DNA from: Octopus vulgaris
Lineage: Eukaryota
Direction: 5' to 3'
Length of the DNA stretch: 64,000 nt
Assembly (NCBI GenBank): GCA_951406725.2
Contig: OX597814.1
Location: forward strand, 81,654,001-81,718,000
Shown here: in pieces, positions 10,316 through 23,994 of the stretch
How the letters are laid out: the number at the start of each line of letters is the position of its first letter
Numbering within the stretch: position 1 is the stretch's first letter
Program-made: the position numbers and the translations under genes
The notes under the pieces: generated by a model
The model's input: the letters and a program-made list of their open reading frames with translations, nothing else
The model's database searches: none
What the model was told of the DNA's origin: nothing

Positions 10316-11699
10316 TGGCTGTAGGAATATGATGAAAAGGAGGGGACTAAGGATTCCTACCTTCATGCTAACCCTTTATCATTTAAACTTACCATATCTG
10401 GCCCAAATATTCTACCCATTTTATGTTCAGATTGTCCAGATCTGGCCTCTCCCATCTATCCTACAATGGTATTCTAAAAATAAACAATCAATCATCAAAA
10501 TCTTGGAACTACAAGATAATTCATGATGAAGTCAAAACAATATGAATAAATAATCATTACATTTGACATGCTAAAGAGTTAAATTTGTCACTGAAATCAT
10601 TGCTGACTGTCACTTTACTTACTGCATCTTTGTATACAGCTTGTACAAATGGTCATCATAAGCCAGTAGCTTTGTTTTATATTTCAAATTATAATTTTTG
10701 AATCCTTTACAGAACCCAACCTTTAAATGGGATATGAACAGTAAAGTACTAGCATACTTAGATTAAAGCAACCTTTTCCCTAAACTAAGCTTCTAAGAAA
10801 AGCTCTCAAGTTTATAATTATATCCACTTGTTGATATCCAAATTGAGACTTGCTGCCAACCTGATCCATAACTACATCCTCCAGCTTCCCATCTTGATTG
10901 ATTTTTGCCTCCACCCATTTTCACCACTCACTGCAGCTACTTCTAACCATCTGCCATATTTGCTTTTCACATACCTATCAATTTACTTACCCATCCATAC
11001 CACTTCTCTCTATTCACCTTCCTGTAATTTAAGGGTCTACTTTGAAACACCTTTACCACCATCCTTCTAATCTTCCAACTGGGGTAACCATGTATTTCTC
11101 CTACAGCAAGACACCTGCTCCTGTTCCCCCATCATACTTTAACACCTCATCACCTGGTATAAAGCCACCTCTGTCAGTATTACTCTCCACCACCCTCAGT
11201 TGAGGGGTCTTGTCTTGACTTGTGAGTTTCGTGAGAACCTCGCTACTGTTGGTTCCAAATAAAAAGCATTCAGTACATCCTGTAAAGTAGTTGGCATCCA
11301 ACTGTAGAAATCATGCCAAAGCAGATATTGGAGCTTGGAGTAGTCCTCTGGCTTGCCAGCCCCAGCCAAACCATCCAACCCATGCCAGCATGGGAACCAT
11401 ATTAAATAATGATTAGAAGTCAAGGTTATTTGAATACATCAAAATTCAGTAAGAATACCATCCACATACATACATCATCATCAACTTTAAGTCCACTTTT
11501 TCATGCTTTCATGAGTCAGAATGAATTTGCTGAGGTAGATTTTTTACAGCTGGTACCCTTTCCTGTTGCCAATCCTTACCTGGTTCTAAGGATGGTAGTA
11601 CTTCACTATGGTCAGGCACATTTCCATAAAAAAAATTGGAAACAAATACTGCTTGTATGATAGTGTCACTTGTTTACAACTCACATGATATATGAAGAC

Positions 11700-11780
11700 A
11701 TGCATGTACATACTCATGTACACACACGCATGCATGCATGTGCACACGTGCACACATATACACACACACACATACACACA

Positions 11781-11829
<49 letters not shown>
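11700..11829. repeat. (CA)n microsatellite
   Basis: Direct reading. Confidence 0.95.
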
Positions 11830-11833
<4 letters not shown>

Positions 11834-12433
11834 AAATAAATAAACTCTATAACAGAAAGTTACAGGTACATGGTCTGCTACAATCAATTTTGGTCAGTGA
11901 GATAGAGGTGGGACAGTGTATAAAACATTAAATAAATTGAAATTTTGAAATATTATATTTCTGCAGAATTCTAATTTCCTATGTTTAAAACATATTATTC
12001 AGAAAGAAAAAAAATAATTGGAAATAGTTAAAAATGAATAAGTTACGAACAGGAGAGGATAAAAATTATAATTTTTGAAAAATAATTTGAGTTGTAACAT
12101 GTTATGATTAAAACAAAGAAATCCAAAGAAATTTTTAACCAATTGTCTTTCTGGGAAACTTTTCTCAAGGACTTCAACACTATTATTTTAAAATAATTTT
12201 GTTTTATTTTTCAGGTCTGAGACTTGTTTTAATAATTATTATCATCCTTTATGAAGCCCAACCTATAAAGTACTCATCTTTAAACTTATTTCACTCTTAA
12301 ATATGAATAGTGAATTAAGTGCTATTGTACTTAGAGAATCATTTAATAAAGTGCAAACATCTTAGTCCGGTTTAGATTTATTTGATAGTTCATGTTGGAG
12401 CTTGTTCTTTGGTTAATATTGTTTTTGTTAACA

Positions 12434-12653
12434 TATGAGGGTGTGCAAAAAAGTTCCTGGCTTTAGGTAAAAGAAACTACAGAAGGATCAGTTAATTATG
12501 ATTTTATTCAGCACATTCCCCTCTTAGATTTACACACTTATTGCAGCAGTCCTTAGGTTTTTTTAAGCCCTGTAAAAGAACTCAGAAGGTTGGGCCTCCG
12601 ATTAGACCTTTCCTGTTACCCTTAAAGCCAGAACTTTTCAACATCCTCTTGTA
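12434..12653. mobile_element. Tc1/mariner-like MITE
   Basis: Imperfect TIRs TATGAGGGTGTGCAAAAAAGTTCCTGGCTTTA / TAAAGCCAGAACTTTTCAACATCCTCTTGTA with TA ends. Confidence 0.6.
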
Positions 12654-14691
12654 TGTGCAGTGTCTTCTATTAAAAGATACATGATCAAGAAGTGTTTCAT
12701 AATACAATATTTAAACAAAGGTATTTGATAATGGAACAAAATCGATGTGAGCTATATTACATAATGCCATTTATACAATAGCAGAGTAATAGACCAGTGG
12801 CATAGTATGAGGTTTTCCAACCCTCTTGCTTAAACCCATAGCACTTAAACATTTTTCCAGTCTTGTGTTTAAACACCTAGATCTGGCCTCTCACCTTACA
12901 ATGTCATTCTAAAAATAAACAATCACATCATTAAAATCTTGAAGCTACAAGATAACAAAACAATGTGAATAAATAAGCGATTTCAAATTTTGGCACACGG
13001 CAAACAATTTTGGAGGAGGATATAAGTCAATTACGTAGACTCCTGCACTCAACTGGTACTTATTTTATCGACCTTGAAAGGATGAAATGCAAAGTTGACT
13101 TTGGTGGAATTTGAACACAGAATGTAAGGACAGACAAAATGCTGCTAAGTGTTTCACTTGACATGCTAATGATTCTGCCAGCTCACTGCCTTAATCTTTT
13201 AGCTTTCAGACTATTCTGTCAAATGTAATGCTTATTTATTCACATTGCCTTGAATTTATCATGCATTATCTTTTAGTTTTGAGATTTCAATGATGTTATC
13301 ATGTAGATTTTAGAACGGCATTGTAGTATAGGTCTGAGGGGCTGAACCCAGTCAATTTGAATGTAAAACAGGCAGAATATTTTGGGCTAGATAAGGCTGG
13401 TTTAAATGCTAAAGGGCTAAATAAACATTATATTTGATAAAGTAATCTGAATACTAAAGAGTTAAATGTCAGCATAATTTTAACTACACCAAATACATGT
13501 ATGTAAAGTGGTTGCCTTGTGTGAGCCATTGACCCACCCCCATGCTATGTCACTGTAGTGGCCATGTCTCAGTCACCTTGTGTATAATTTTATTTTCAAA
13601 AATTTCTTCAGATTCTTATGCTTTCAACAACAGAGATTACAATTTTTTCTAAAAGAACAGCTTTCCAAAACTTTAATTTCTCATCCGTCACTAAATTTTT
13701 TGTTTATGATTTTTTAATTAAATTTTTTTTTTCACATTAAATACAAATTACAATTCTAAAAAAAAGATTTTTTTCAAAATATCATTTTTTTTCTTTAGAA
13801 AAAGAAATACCCACTTCCACAATCCCCCTTCTGAATATCCAGACCTACTTGACATCAACCATCCTGTAGTTTTTAAACCCAATTGTTTGTACCTGAAATC
13901 CAAAGAAATTTTTACCACATTACTATTGTTTTTAAATTCATGTTTTTAAATTCATTGATTCGATAGGAAAAAGTTTGGAAAAAAAATATTTTGTGTTGGT
14001 ATTGAAATAAAAATGACATTTCAGTTTGTGTTTAAAAGAAAAGGAGGGGAAGACTTGTGAGGGTGATCATTATCATGAGGGCAGTGGAGGGGGGGGGGAC
14101 TTCCAAAATGATGGATTTCCATGGATTTCTAAAACATTTTTTCTTCAAATTCATGCTTTTCCCAAATTCATTTTTTCTGTTGCTGACACAGTTTTGCATT
14201 TTTATAAAATTTTGTTCCAGTTGTTTTCAAATTTTGTGTCCTGATTTTGTTTTGTATGCTAATTATGAAAATGAAATTCATTTTTGCCATAAATTAATAA
14301 ATAAAAACTTGATTGCTTTTAAAGTTTGCAGATTTTGGGTAATTTTAGCGAAACAAAAGCCACAGACACATTGGTGCCTCTTTCTATAGTAACGAGTAGA
14401 GCCTATTTTCTGGACCATTGTACTTCATTTTTGAGAAATGGATAATTTTGGTTGCTGTCCTTTCACTACTTCATTTTCATGATTTTGAATTGTGTGTTCT
14501 CCCGGACCTTTTTAACATAAGTACAAGTATGACTGTAGCCAACTCATTTAACCTTTTGAGTATGATGGAAACCATGAAGAATGCAGTTTCTTACTTGCAA
14601 GAGAAAGGTGTTATTCTTAAAAGGAAATTGTGTAGAGACCCACTGCCACATGTATGTTCTTTTAGCCTATGCAATTTCTTTGACAAGTCAA

Positions 14692-14792
14692 GCCCTAACT
14701 CTAACCCTAACCCATAACCCTAACCCTAAATCTTAACCTTAATCCTAACCCTAGCCCTAATCCAAACCCTAATCATAAACCTTAATCCTAAC
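14692..14792. repeat. Degenerate interstitial (CCCTAA)n telomere-like tract
   Basis: About 16 imperfect CCCTAA hexamers. Confidence 0.7.
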
Positions 14793-15317
14793 ATACAGTT
14801 TGCTTTTCTTATAATTTTTCTCTAAAAAATTTAATTGAGGATTTTTCTCCTTTTAAATTATTTACATATCTGATTGTCACACGACTTTATTCATTAAAAC
14901 TTTAAAATTTCTTACAACTTTTGTTGTCATAATGTTTTATTTTCATTTTGTTTAAAAATTCATCATCGTAATGTGTTTTGCTTTCATTTTGTGACAGACA
15001 GCTATCTAGCAGAAACTGCCAGCTTCCAAATCCTGTTTTTTGATTGGGTAAAATTATCAACCACTGTAACATTTAAAAAATGTTTTTTTCCAAAAACAAA
15101 TGCATAACAAAATAGGATTCAGTATGAAAACTTACAGCCAATATGCCAAATTTGAAACTGTTCATTTAATTCTAAAATTTCAAACTGACAGCCATGCGTA
15201 TTTTTTTGTTGTTTTTCTCTCTAGTTTCAGCTCAGAGCTGCGGCCATGCTGATACACCAACTTCTTGAATTTGGATTTCAGAAATTATTTTGAAATTATA
15301 AACATTAACAGATGTAT

Positions 15318-16122
15318 TCCCCGCTACTCCCTTAATTCCAAAACTTTCCACTGTTTTACGATTTTTTTTTTAATTGTTGGGCTTCGCAATGGAATTAATA
15401 TCATTTATCCAATAAAAGAATTTTTAAAAAATGTTTTACCCCACATTCCAATTCCAAAACTTTCCATTATCGAGTCTTGCATATTTGTGTAAGAGAAAAA
15501 CATTTACTAACAGAAAATTATGTTATTAAAATAAATTATCTCTAAAATACCTTTAAATTATTACCACTTCCAGTGTTTCTGGCTTTTGATGAGAAACAAG
15601 TTGCATGTGACCCTTCTTTCTCATTTTCAGTGAAACCCTTCTTTGCCGGGAAAATTGGAAGAATGACATAATACGCACTCTCTCTTTATTTCTAGCGAAA
15701 CAGACCCTTGTTTTTTTAGAAATGAAGAGTGACCCCTAGCGAGAAGATCACAATTAAATTGAAATTTGGATTGTATACTTCATGGGCAAGTTTTCAAGTT
15801 TTAATACTTTATCCGCAATAATGTATAGGTATGCCACAGATAGTTTATTTTCATAATATAATTCTCTGTTAGTAAATGTTTTTCTCACAAAAATTTAAAG
15901 ATATGTTAGAAATAATTTATTTTAACAACATAATTTTCTGCTAGTAAATGATTTTCTCTTATACTAACATGCAAAAATTTGGATTTCGAAGTATTTTAAA
16001 AATTATTTGGAAAGAGAAATGAATGGCAGAATCAGACTGTCTATAATTTAAAACCCAAAAAAATAAAGAAAAAAAAATTAAAAAATTGTGGAAAGTTTTA
16101 GAATTAAGGGGGTGGGGGAGTA
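15318..16122. mobile_element. Foldback/MITE with long inverted arms
   Basis: CCCTTAATTCCAAAACTTTCCAC (about 15329) is inverted at about 16088-16110; TAAGAGAAAAACATTTACTAACAGAAAATTATG (15490) is inverted at about 15928-15961. Confidence 0.6.
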
Positions 16123-17796
16123 TTTAAAAAATTTATTGGATAATTTGTGGCTCCCACCTTTTTTTTCCGACATTTCTTTGGATTTCTATGTTTTTGAGAT
16201 TAGGAGATTTGGATTTTGCCCCAAAAACATATTTTCAAAATTTTAATTTCCATCTCCCCTCTCCAATTTTTTAAAGTTTTAACTTTTTTCAAAATTTTTT
16301 CTTTTTTGTAATCCATGTTCAAATACACTGAGATTACAAATCTTTAAGAATTAAAAAAAAAATTTTTTCTTAAAGAAGCACTCAAATCTTCACCCTCAAT
16401 TTCCACCGCTCATCACCTCCCCACTTTCAAAAAGCTAAAAACTCTGAATATTTCACTTTTAGCTTTTTAGAAAGTAGGGAAGTTTTTTCCAGGAATTATG
16501 TCATTTAGTTGTTTGTTTCTGGCATGTCAGGCTTTCTGATATTTTTGATGTCTGCTATTTCAGTAGAATTCTACGCATGCGTGAAACATTAGACAGAAGT
16601 GAAACATTCTGGGTTTTTAGTTTTTTTGAAAGTGGAGAGGTGATGGGTGGGTGAGATGTGCCAATAAATTTATAAAATTAAATGAAAAAAACACATCTTT
16701 CGACAGGATTTTTTAGCGAATTTTCCGGAACAAAGTAATTAAAGCATTAGATAATGAAAGTGATACGATTTGTCTTAAGTTTTATTATTCGTAAAAGATT
16801 GGGTTTATGTGGATGAGAAAGAATGAGAGAGAAAGGGAGAGTGTGTTTGTGTGTACCTGTATATATGTATATATGGAAAAATAGAATGAGCAAGTTTTAA
16901 AAACTTTCCTGGTAGCGTGTTTTTGTGCGTGCACAAGTGAGTGTGTATGTATGGGTGAGTATGCTCACAAGAAAATAATACATGATTGATATAACAAAAA
17001 AATGATATTTCAACAAAATGAGGCCCTGAATAAACAAAGGCACACAATTACACACATATGGAATCACAAGTGACATGTTCTTCCACTACACGCATGCAAG
17101 TTATCCACATGCATGGCACATAGGTACAGCACACCCACACTTCTGCATATGCCAGCCTATTCACCAATAAAAAAGCCTGAGAGCTGTCTTGGCTTAAACA
17201 AAAAGAGTCTTGTCACTTAAGGGAAAAAGAAAAAGCTATCAAAGAAACTTATATATCCATATAGACACACAACAATCTATCTTATCTTAATTGATGTCGC
17301 TAGGGTGTGTATGATTTGATGAAAATTCAACTATTTATATCTGAAGCGGACCTCATTGGCATCAAGCAAACTTTATTGTTGTCTTCATATTTCAGTCATA
17401 GGTGGACAAAACTATAATAAAAAGCTTTCCAGATGTTACGATACTGTTATTTGTATATGAGGAAGTATATTATTTAGTATAGGCATTCTTTAAGGCAGTA
17501 ATGTCTATTTCATGAGAATTTTTTGTTAGTATTTTTCAGCAGGTTGCGTGACTAGTTGCTAGTTATGTTCTGAACAAAATTATCAATGACGATTTCTCTC
17601 ACTCTTTCCTTATATTCCTTCACCTACTTTCTCCTTTCTTCTCTTCCATTTTTTTTTAAAGATTTCCTTTAGGTAGCTAAATTTACAAGTTACTTTCTTC
17701 CATGAAGTGGTCGCATTTAGCGAATGGTGAGTTTCGACAGGAGTAACTAATGCTAAGCAGTAAGCTGGCAGAATAATTAGCATGCCGGACAAACTG

Positions 17797-18347
17797 TGGC
17801 AAGACTTCCGCCCGTCCCCCCACCAAAACCACTCTTTAAAAAAATTTTTTTGTTTTTGACACAAACATACCTTTTCGGCTACTGGGAATACGAATCTGCC
17901 AAAAAATTGGATAAAATTGGCATTTTTAAATTACCACCCCTACCCCTTTCTTTCATTTTTTACTTTTTTCAGAATTTTCTTTTTTAAATATGCAGAAAAA
18001 TATGAAAATTATGATTCTGAAAAAAACTTTCCAAAAAAGTTTGTAAAATTTTTTTAAGAATTTTTTTCTTCAAAATATGCAGAAAAATATGGACATTACG
18101 ATTCGGACAAAAATTTCAAAACATTTCTGTATTTACAGTTAGTGTTAGGGTTATGGTTTTAGGGTTAGTGTTGGGAAAAAAAGTAAAAATTGAAGAATTT
18201 GGGGGGAGGGGGGAATTTAACAATGCCAATTTTTGGTAAATTTCTGGCACCTCTGTATCCGAAAACGGGGTTTTTGGGAAAAAATTTTTTTTAAATAAAC
18301 AAATTTGGGAGAAAATGGTGGCGGGTATGGGTGGAAGTCTTTCCCAA
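17797..18347. mobile_element. MITE with inverted termini and internal TTAGGG-like patch
   Basis: GGCAAGACTTCCGCCCGTCCCC vs GGGTATGGGTGGAAGTCTTTCCC; AAAATTGGCATT vs AATGCCAATTTT. Confidence 0.55.
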
Positions 18348-18970
18348 AATGTTTAGTAACATTTTGTCTGTCTTCAAGTTCTGAGTTCAAATTCCGCTGA
18401 GGTGATTTTAGTTTTTCGTCCTTTTAAAGTCAATGAAATAAGTATCAGTTGAGCACTGGGGTCGATCCAATAGGCTATCTTCTCTCCCAAATTCCAGGCC
18501 TTGTGCCTATAGTAGAAAAGATTATTATTTAAGTAACAGAAAAATTGCCTTGGTATGTTCGATGGTAAAAGTATTAGATATTAAGATCTTTTTGCAAAAT
18601 TTACAATACATCTGTCCTGTTATTTGCTTGAAATCTAGAACTTGTAAAAGAAAGGTGTAAAATTATATAAAACACAACAAACCCATTATTCGTTATTAGC
18701 AATAGAAGCAGTATTAGTTTAAAATAACAATTTATATCACATTTTAAAGCAGGTATATTATTGAAAGCCTGAAAGCTGCAGTTTTTGTCTCAAGAAACCT
18801 TCTCTTATTGACATTTAATGTTAAAAAAACCACCAAAATAAAAGCCTAAATATACCAGCAGACGACAATAAACGTCTGCCAACAGTGGTGATGCTACATA
18901 GTGGGTAGGTGGGGCACAAGGAAGAGTATTACTGCATTTTTAAATTTGAGGCAAAATATATTTTTACAAA

Positions 18971-19376
18971 TAGGCATAGGAATGGCTGTGTGGTAAGTAG
19001 CTTGCTTACCAACCACACGGTTCCGAGTTCAGTCCCACTGTGTGGCACCTTGGGCAAGTGTCTTCTACTATAGCCTCGGGCTGACCAAAGCCTTGTGAGT
19101 GGATTTGGTAGGCGGAAACTGAAAGAAGCCTATCGTATATATGTATATATATATGTATGTGTGTATGTGTTTGTGTGTTTGTCCCCCCCCCCCCCCCAAC
19201 ATCGCTTGACAACTGATGCTGGTATGTTTATGTCCCCATAACTTAGCGGTTCGGCAAAAGAGATCAATAGAATAAGTACTAGGCTTACAAAGAATAAGTC
19301 CTGGGGTTGATTTGCTCGACTAAAGGTGGTGCTCCAGCATGGCCACAGTCAAATGACTGAAACAAGTAAGAGTAAA
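18971..19376 (+). mobile_element. tRNA-derived SINE, family A
   Basis: A-box TGGCTGTGTGG, B-box-like GAGTTCAGTCC, internal (TA/TG)n, 3' GGTGCTCCAGCATGGCC..TGACTGAAACAAGTAA. Many further copies in the window. Confidence 0.85.
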
Positions 19377-20651
19377 TGCTTACTACCTTACATATATCAG
19401 CTAAACAAATGACCTGTTCTAAATGCATTAAAAACATTATAACATAATCTGAACACTATATCAGAATATTATCGTCATTCTCATTGAGCATATAAAAGAC
19501 AAATTTGGTTGGAGCAAAATGAGTATGCCAAGACAGGGTAAATTTGGCTCTTTAATCCTCCGGAATAACATTTGAAAACAGGCTCATACATATCAATATC
19601 CATCCTTAGACATCAGGAAGATCAGAAATGGAAAAAAAAAATTTAATATCTAAGTCAAATGAAAGAGACTCAGGGGAAAATAGCACATAAATAAGAAATT
19701 AACGAAACTTGACTAGATAAAAAAAAAAACTGAACATAAAATTTTCTCTGTAACTTCTTCATGATCTGCTGGAGTGTATCTCCTTGTGATATGTTAACAT
19801 GTAGTTAAAAAGAACAGATAATTGAAATTAGTCATTACTCATTTTACCCCATTTTAGACATTTTTTTGGAACTTGAAAATTATCAAATAAGATATTAGTG
19901 TGGGAAAAATTGACTTGGAATCCAACAGAGAAAAGAATATTGATGGAGAAACACTAAAAATTATCCAGCCTCAATTACAATTGGGGCATAAAATTAGCAG
20001 CTTCAATTACAATTGGGATAAAGTTACAGAAAAAATTCTTGAAAATAAAAGTACTGATGATACAGCATTGGTAGCGGATTTGGAAGAGCAACTGAGGAGA
20101 CTGGTGGTAGAGTTTGGAAGATTGTGTGAGAAGAGGAAACTGAAAGTGATGAGATGTTCGAGAGATGGAATGGCTGGTAGGATGGATGTGAGTATAAATG
20201 GTAAGATGTTTCAGACTCTCTCAATTCAACAACAACAACAACAACAACTATGCTAACCAATTTTTACTTGTAAATATGATGTAGCAATACAAAATGATGA
20301 TACAATACATGCAATGTAATCATTTTAAACAGTTAAGAAGAAAGTAATGAGAAACCATTACTCTCTTCTCATTTTACCCCAGTTACTAATTTTGCCCCTC
20401 CCCCTCCGACTTACTTATTTCTGCCAATGATGATGTCAGGTGTTTATTTATAGTTTATTGTGAAGAGATCATACACAAGGCAATCTTGCAATCGAAATGA
20501 CCCGCAAACAGACTTAAAGCTCTGAATGTATCACATTTGGTCAGGTCAACAACAATAGTCGACGAAACAAAAGTTAGTTAGTTAGTTAGTAAGGTGAAAG
20601 TGTGCCTATGTACTGACTCGACCTGCTAGAAATAGCAACCAACTCTCCTGA

Positions 20652-21195
20652 AAGGGAGGGAGGTGTATTGGACCTTTATGGACTAGAGAAGTCATATGAC
20701 CATGTAGATAGGGATGCAATGTGGTAGATGTTGCGGTTGTATGGAGTAGATGGTAGATTGTTGAGAGCTGTACAGAGTTTTTATAGAGAAAGTAGGGTGT
20801 GCGTTAGGGTGGGTGGTGAAATAAGTGAGTGGTTTGATGTGAAGGTGGGGTTAAGACAGGGTTGTGTGATATACCTGTGAATGTTTAATTTATATATGAA
20901 TGGTGTGGTGAGACAGGTAAATACTAGAGCCTTTGGTAGGAGAGCCCAAATGGTGGGAGAAAATGGCACATGAGTTAGTCGTTGTTTGCTGATGATACAG
21001 CATTGGTAGTGGATTTGGAAGAGCAACTGAGGAGACTGGTGGTAGAGTTTGGAAGATTGTGTGAGAAGAGGAAACTGAAAGTGATGAGATGTTCGAGAGA
21101 TGGAATGGCTGGTAGGATGGATGTGAGTATAAATGGTAAGATGTTAGAGGAGGTGAGTGTTTTTAAGTTTCTGGGATCACATGTGACAGTGTGAA
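20652..21195 (+). pseudogene. Degraded RTE LINE RT fragment
   Basis: FMDLEKSYDHVDRDAMW*, GLRQGCV, LFADDTALV, FKFLGS. Confidence 0.8.
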
Positions 21196-21753
21196 GGCAA
21201 GCAGGAATGAAGAAAAACTAACAGCAGCAGTAATTTTCTTCAGCTGAATACACGTCATTGATTGGTTAAAATTACCCAAATACAACAACTCTAACATGAA
21301 ATAACTTCTAAAATACAAAATTTTTTCAAAAACTTTAAGAGTAAACCTTGTTCTATGTGACACATTCTACGAGTATCTGAAGTTTTAAAGTGTTCAGTTA
21401 AAAAAAAATCCATTAAAAAATCTGTCTGTCAAATTGAATAGATGTACCGTATCTTTATTTATTAGTTTATTAATTTTTAGGCATGAAAGTGCTTATTTTA
21501 CCAGAGAAATCATTAAAATCTAAAAAAATATAAATACCTATCAACTGCAGAAACCCGTGATATACTGAGGAGTCTGCGATACAAATTTACATATATTAGC
21601 CAGAAAAATCTGCAATGTACTGAGGGTGTGATAGGTGAGCCGCAATATGGTGAGTGGTTATTGTATGAATGCATGTATGTGTATACACACACACACACAT
21701 ATATATAGCCACTACACATTCTTTATTTTCTCTCCGTGTTTCTTTCTGTGTTC

Positions 21754-21789
21754 CTTTCTGAGGAAGAGTGTGGGCTTGAAATGCTAAAG
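21754..21789 (+). ncRNA. Degenerate minimal hammerhead motif in a short (TA)n-flanked element (about 21700-21880)
   Basis: CTTT-CTGAGGA-A-GAGT gtgg GCTT-GAAA-TGCT-AAAG: stem I CTTT/AAAG, CUGANGA core, wobble stem II; stem III looks CpG-decayed. Confidence 0.45.
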
Positions 21790-23219
21790 ACTTTTTCACT
21801 TCCCGAGTGTTATACTAATACATCTGTTTGTTGTCTTCACCACCTGTCGTCATCTTTTGTTTTTTTGTGAATTCTCCCTATATATATATGTATACATATA
21901 TGTATATATGCATACATGTGTATATATCTATGTGTACGCGTCTTTGTGTTTGTCCTCCACTACCGATTGACAACCGCTTAATGGTTCGGCAAAAGATCGA
22001 TAGAACAAGTACTAGGCTTAAAAAAATAAGTCCTGGAGTCAATTTGTTCACCTAAAACACTTCAAAGCGGTGCCCCAGCATGGCACAGTCAGATGACTAA
22101 AACAAGTAAAAGATAAAAGATACAAGATGAAAGAGAAAGTTGTGGTTTTCAAGCCAAGAAAATGACTATCACAGATGTATCCTACAAATTCAATCTCTAA
22201 ATTGAGTAATGGTTACATATGAGATTTTCCAAGCGTGTAGAAGATATAACTTGACAGAGTTGCTGTTGTGTAAACTCTAATGATAAAAAACTGTTTCTTG
22301 GTTGGTCACCTTTATTCCTTAACAGGACAAATTTAAAGAAGGATTATTACATATACACACATCAGTGCTACTGAAACTGACAAAGACTAGTTTTCATCTT
22401 CCAATATTACAGGATTATTTTGTCATTCTTTTCTTCTTTAACTTGTTTCAGTCAGTACACTGCAGCTGTTCTGGTGGTGGTGGTGGTGGGGGCATCACCT
22501 AAAAGGGTTTTAGTCAAATGAATAGACTCCAATTAGTCATGGAACTTATTCTGTCCGTTTCTTTTGCCTAATTGTTAGGGGACGTAAACCAATGCCAGTT
22601 TTTACTGGCGGGGAGTGTAAACGCAAACACACACACACATATATATATACACATACTCAAGTTTTGAAAACTATTTTTTGTTTGTATCGCAAATACATAC
22701 ATAGATACACACATATATATGTATATTTATACATGGTGGGCTTCTGCATAGTTTCCATTTACAAAATTCTCTTACATGGCATTGATCAGTCTGGGACTGT
22801 AGTAGATATTTACCCTAGGTATCATGTAGTGGGACTGAACCCGAAACCTCGTGGTTGTGAATCGAACTTCTTTACCATGCAACCAAAGCACAAGGAAAGT
22901 GGTTTTCGAGGGGAGTGGGTCATTGTCTTCAATGTTTGACTTGTATGTTCTTTTATACATTCTGGAGGGACAGAAAGCAAAGTTGACCTAACCAAAGCAA
23001 ATATTACACTTGTTTAAAGAGTTGGAAACCATTTTAATTTTATAAAACCTCGCAATTTGTCAGCCAGTTTTTCAGTTGTCACAGCCCATTCACCCATCCA
23101 TGAGAAACACTGCATTTAACTCACTCTGTTAATGGCATTGAAAGAGAGTGCATCCACTCTTCAAGTTTCTGGAATCTCCTAAAGAAGGCCTTTGGCTAGT
23201 GAAGAATAATTCTATTAGA

Positions 23220-23994
23220 CCTAAGCGGCAAAGGTAAAGAATGTGTACACCCAACATTTTCCGTGTCGTTTTTTTGCAAAAATTTTTTTGGATTTCTATG
23301 TTTTTGATGATACAGGAGAATATGATTTTGCCCAAAAATCACGTTTTCAAAATTTTTGTTTTCCCCCACTTCACCCCACCCCAATTTCTTAATTTTTGAC
23401 TTTCTCGAATTGTTTTTTAAAAATTTTTCTTAAAGAAACACTCAAATCCCCTTCTCCAACCTCCACCCATCACCCCTGAATGTTTTACTTTTAGCTTTTG
23501 TGAAAGCGAGGAAGTTTTTCCAGAAATTATGTCGTTTAGCTGTTGTTTCTACCATGTCGGGATTTCTGGTGGTGGTCTGATATTTTTGTCGTCTGCTATT
23601 TCAGTAAAATTCTGCACATGTGTGAAACATCAATCGAAAGTGAAACATTCTGGGTTTTTATTGTTTTGAAAGCGAGGAGGTGATGCGTGGGGAGGTATTG
23701 AGTGTTTCGTAAAGAAACATTAAAAGTAAAAAAAAAAAAAAAATTCCCAGATTTATAATCTCTATTTTCTATGTGGATTAAAAAAAAAATTCGGAAAAAG
23801 TTAGCAGTTAAGAAATTGGGGTGGCAAAACTAAAATTTTGAAATTGTGGTTTTTGGGCAAAACCGTATTCTCCTATATAGAAAACATAGCAACCCAACAA
23901 AAATTTTTTGAAAAAAGAAAAAAAAAAGAACAAAAGAAACAAAAAGTACTGAAGATGTTGGGTGTATACATTCTTTACTTTCGCCCACCTTAAG
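23220..23994. mobile_element. Non-autonomous DNA transposon with long TIRs (related partial copy about 16160-16650)
   Basis: GTAAAGAATGTGTACACCCAACAT vs ATGTTGGGTGTATACATTCTTTAC; the inverted similarity extends over 200 bp; right end is CCTTAA. Confidence 0.7.

Noticed and set aside
18547-18640. Possible minus-strand exon (LDFKQITGQMYCKFCKKIL...) of a gene divergent from DHRS4
   Set aside because: It has an acceptor-like site and a CxxC but only a weak GC donor, and I found no partner exons.
19900-20256. 118-aa ORF ending in poly-Q
   Set aside because: A chimera of unique DNA, the duplicated RTE fragment and a (CAA)n repeat.
20424-20526. C/D-box snoRNA-like ATGATGA...CTGA (a similar case near 52117-52185)
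   Set aside because: The motifs are common in AT-rich DNA; no terminal stem or identifiable rRNA guide.
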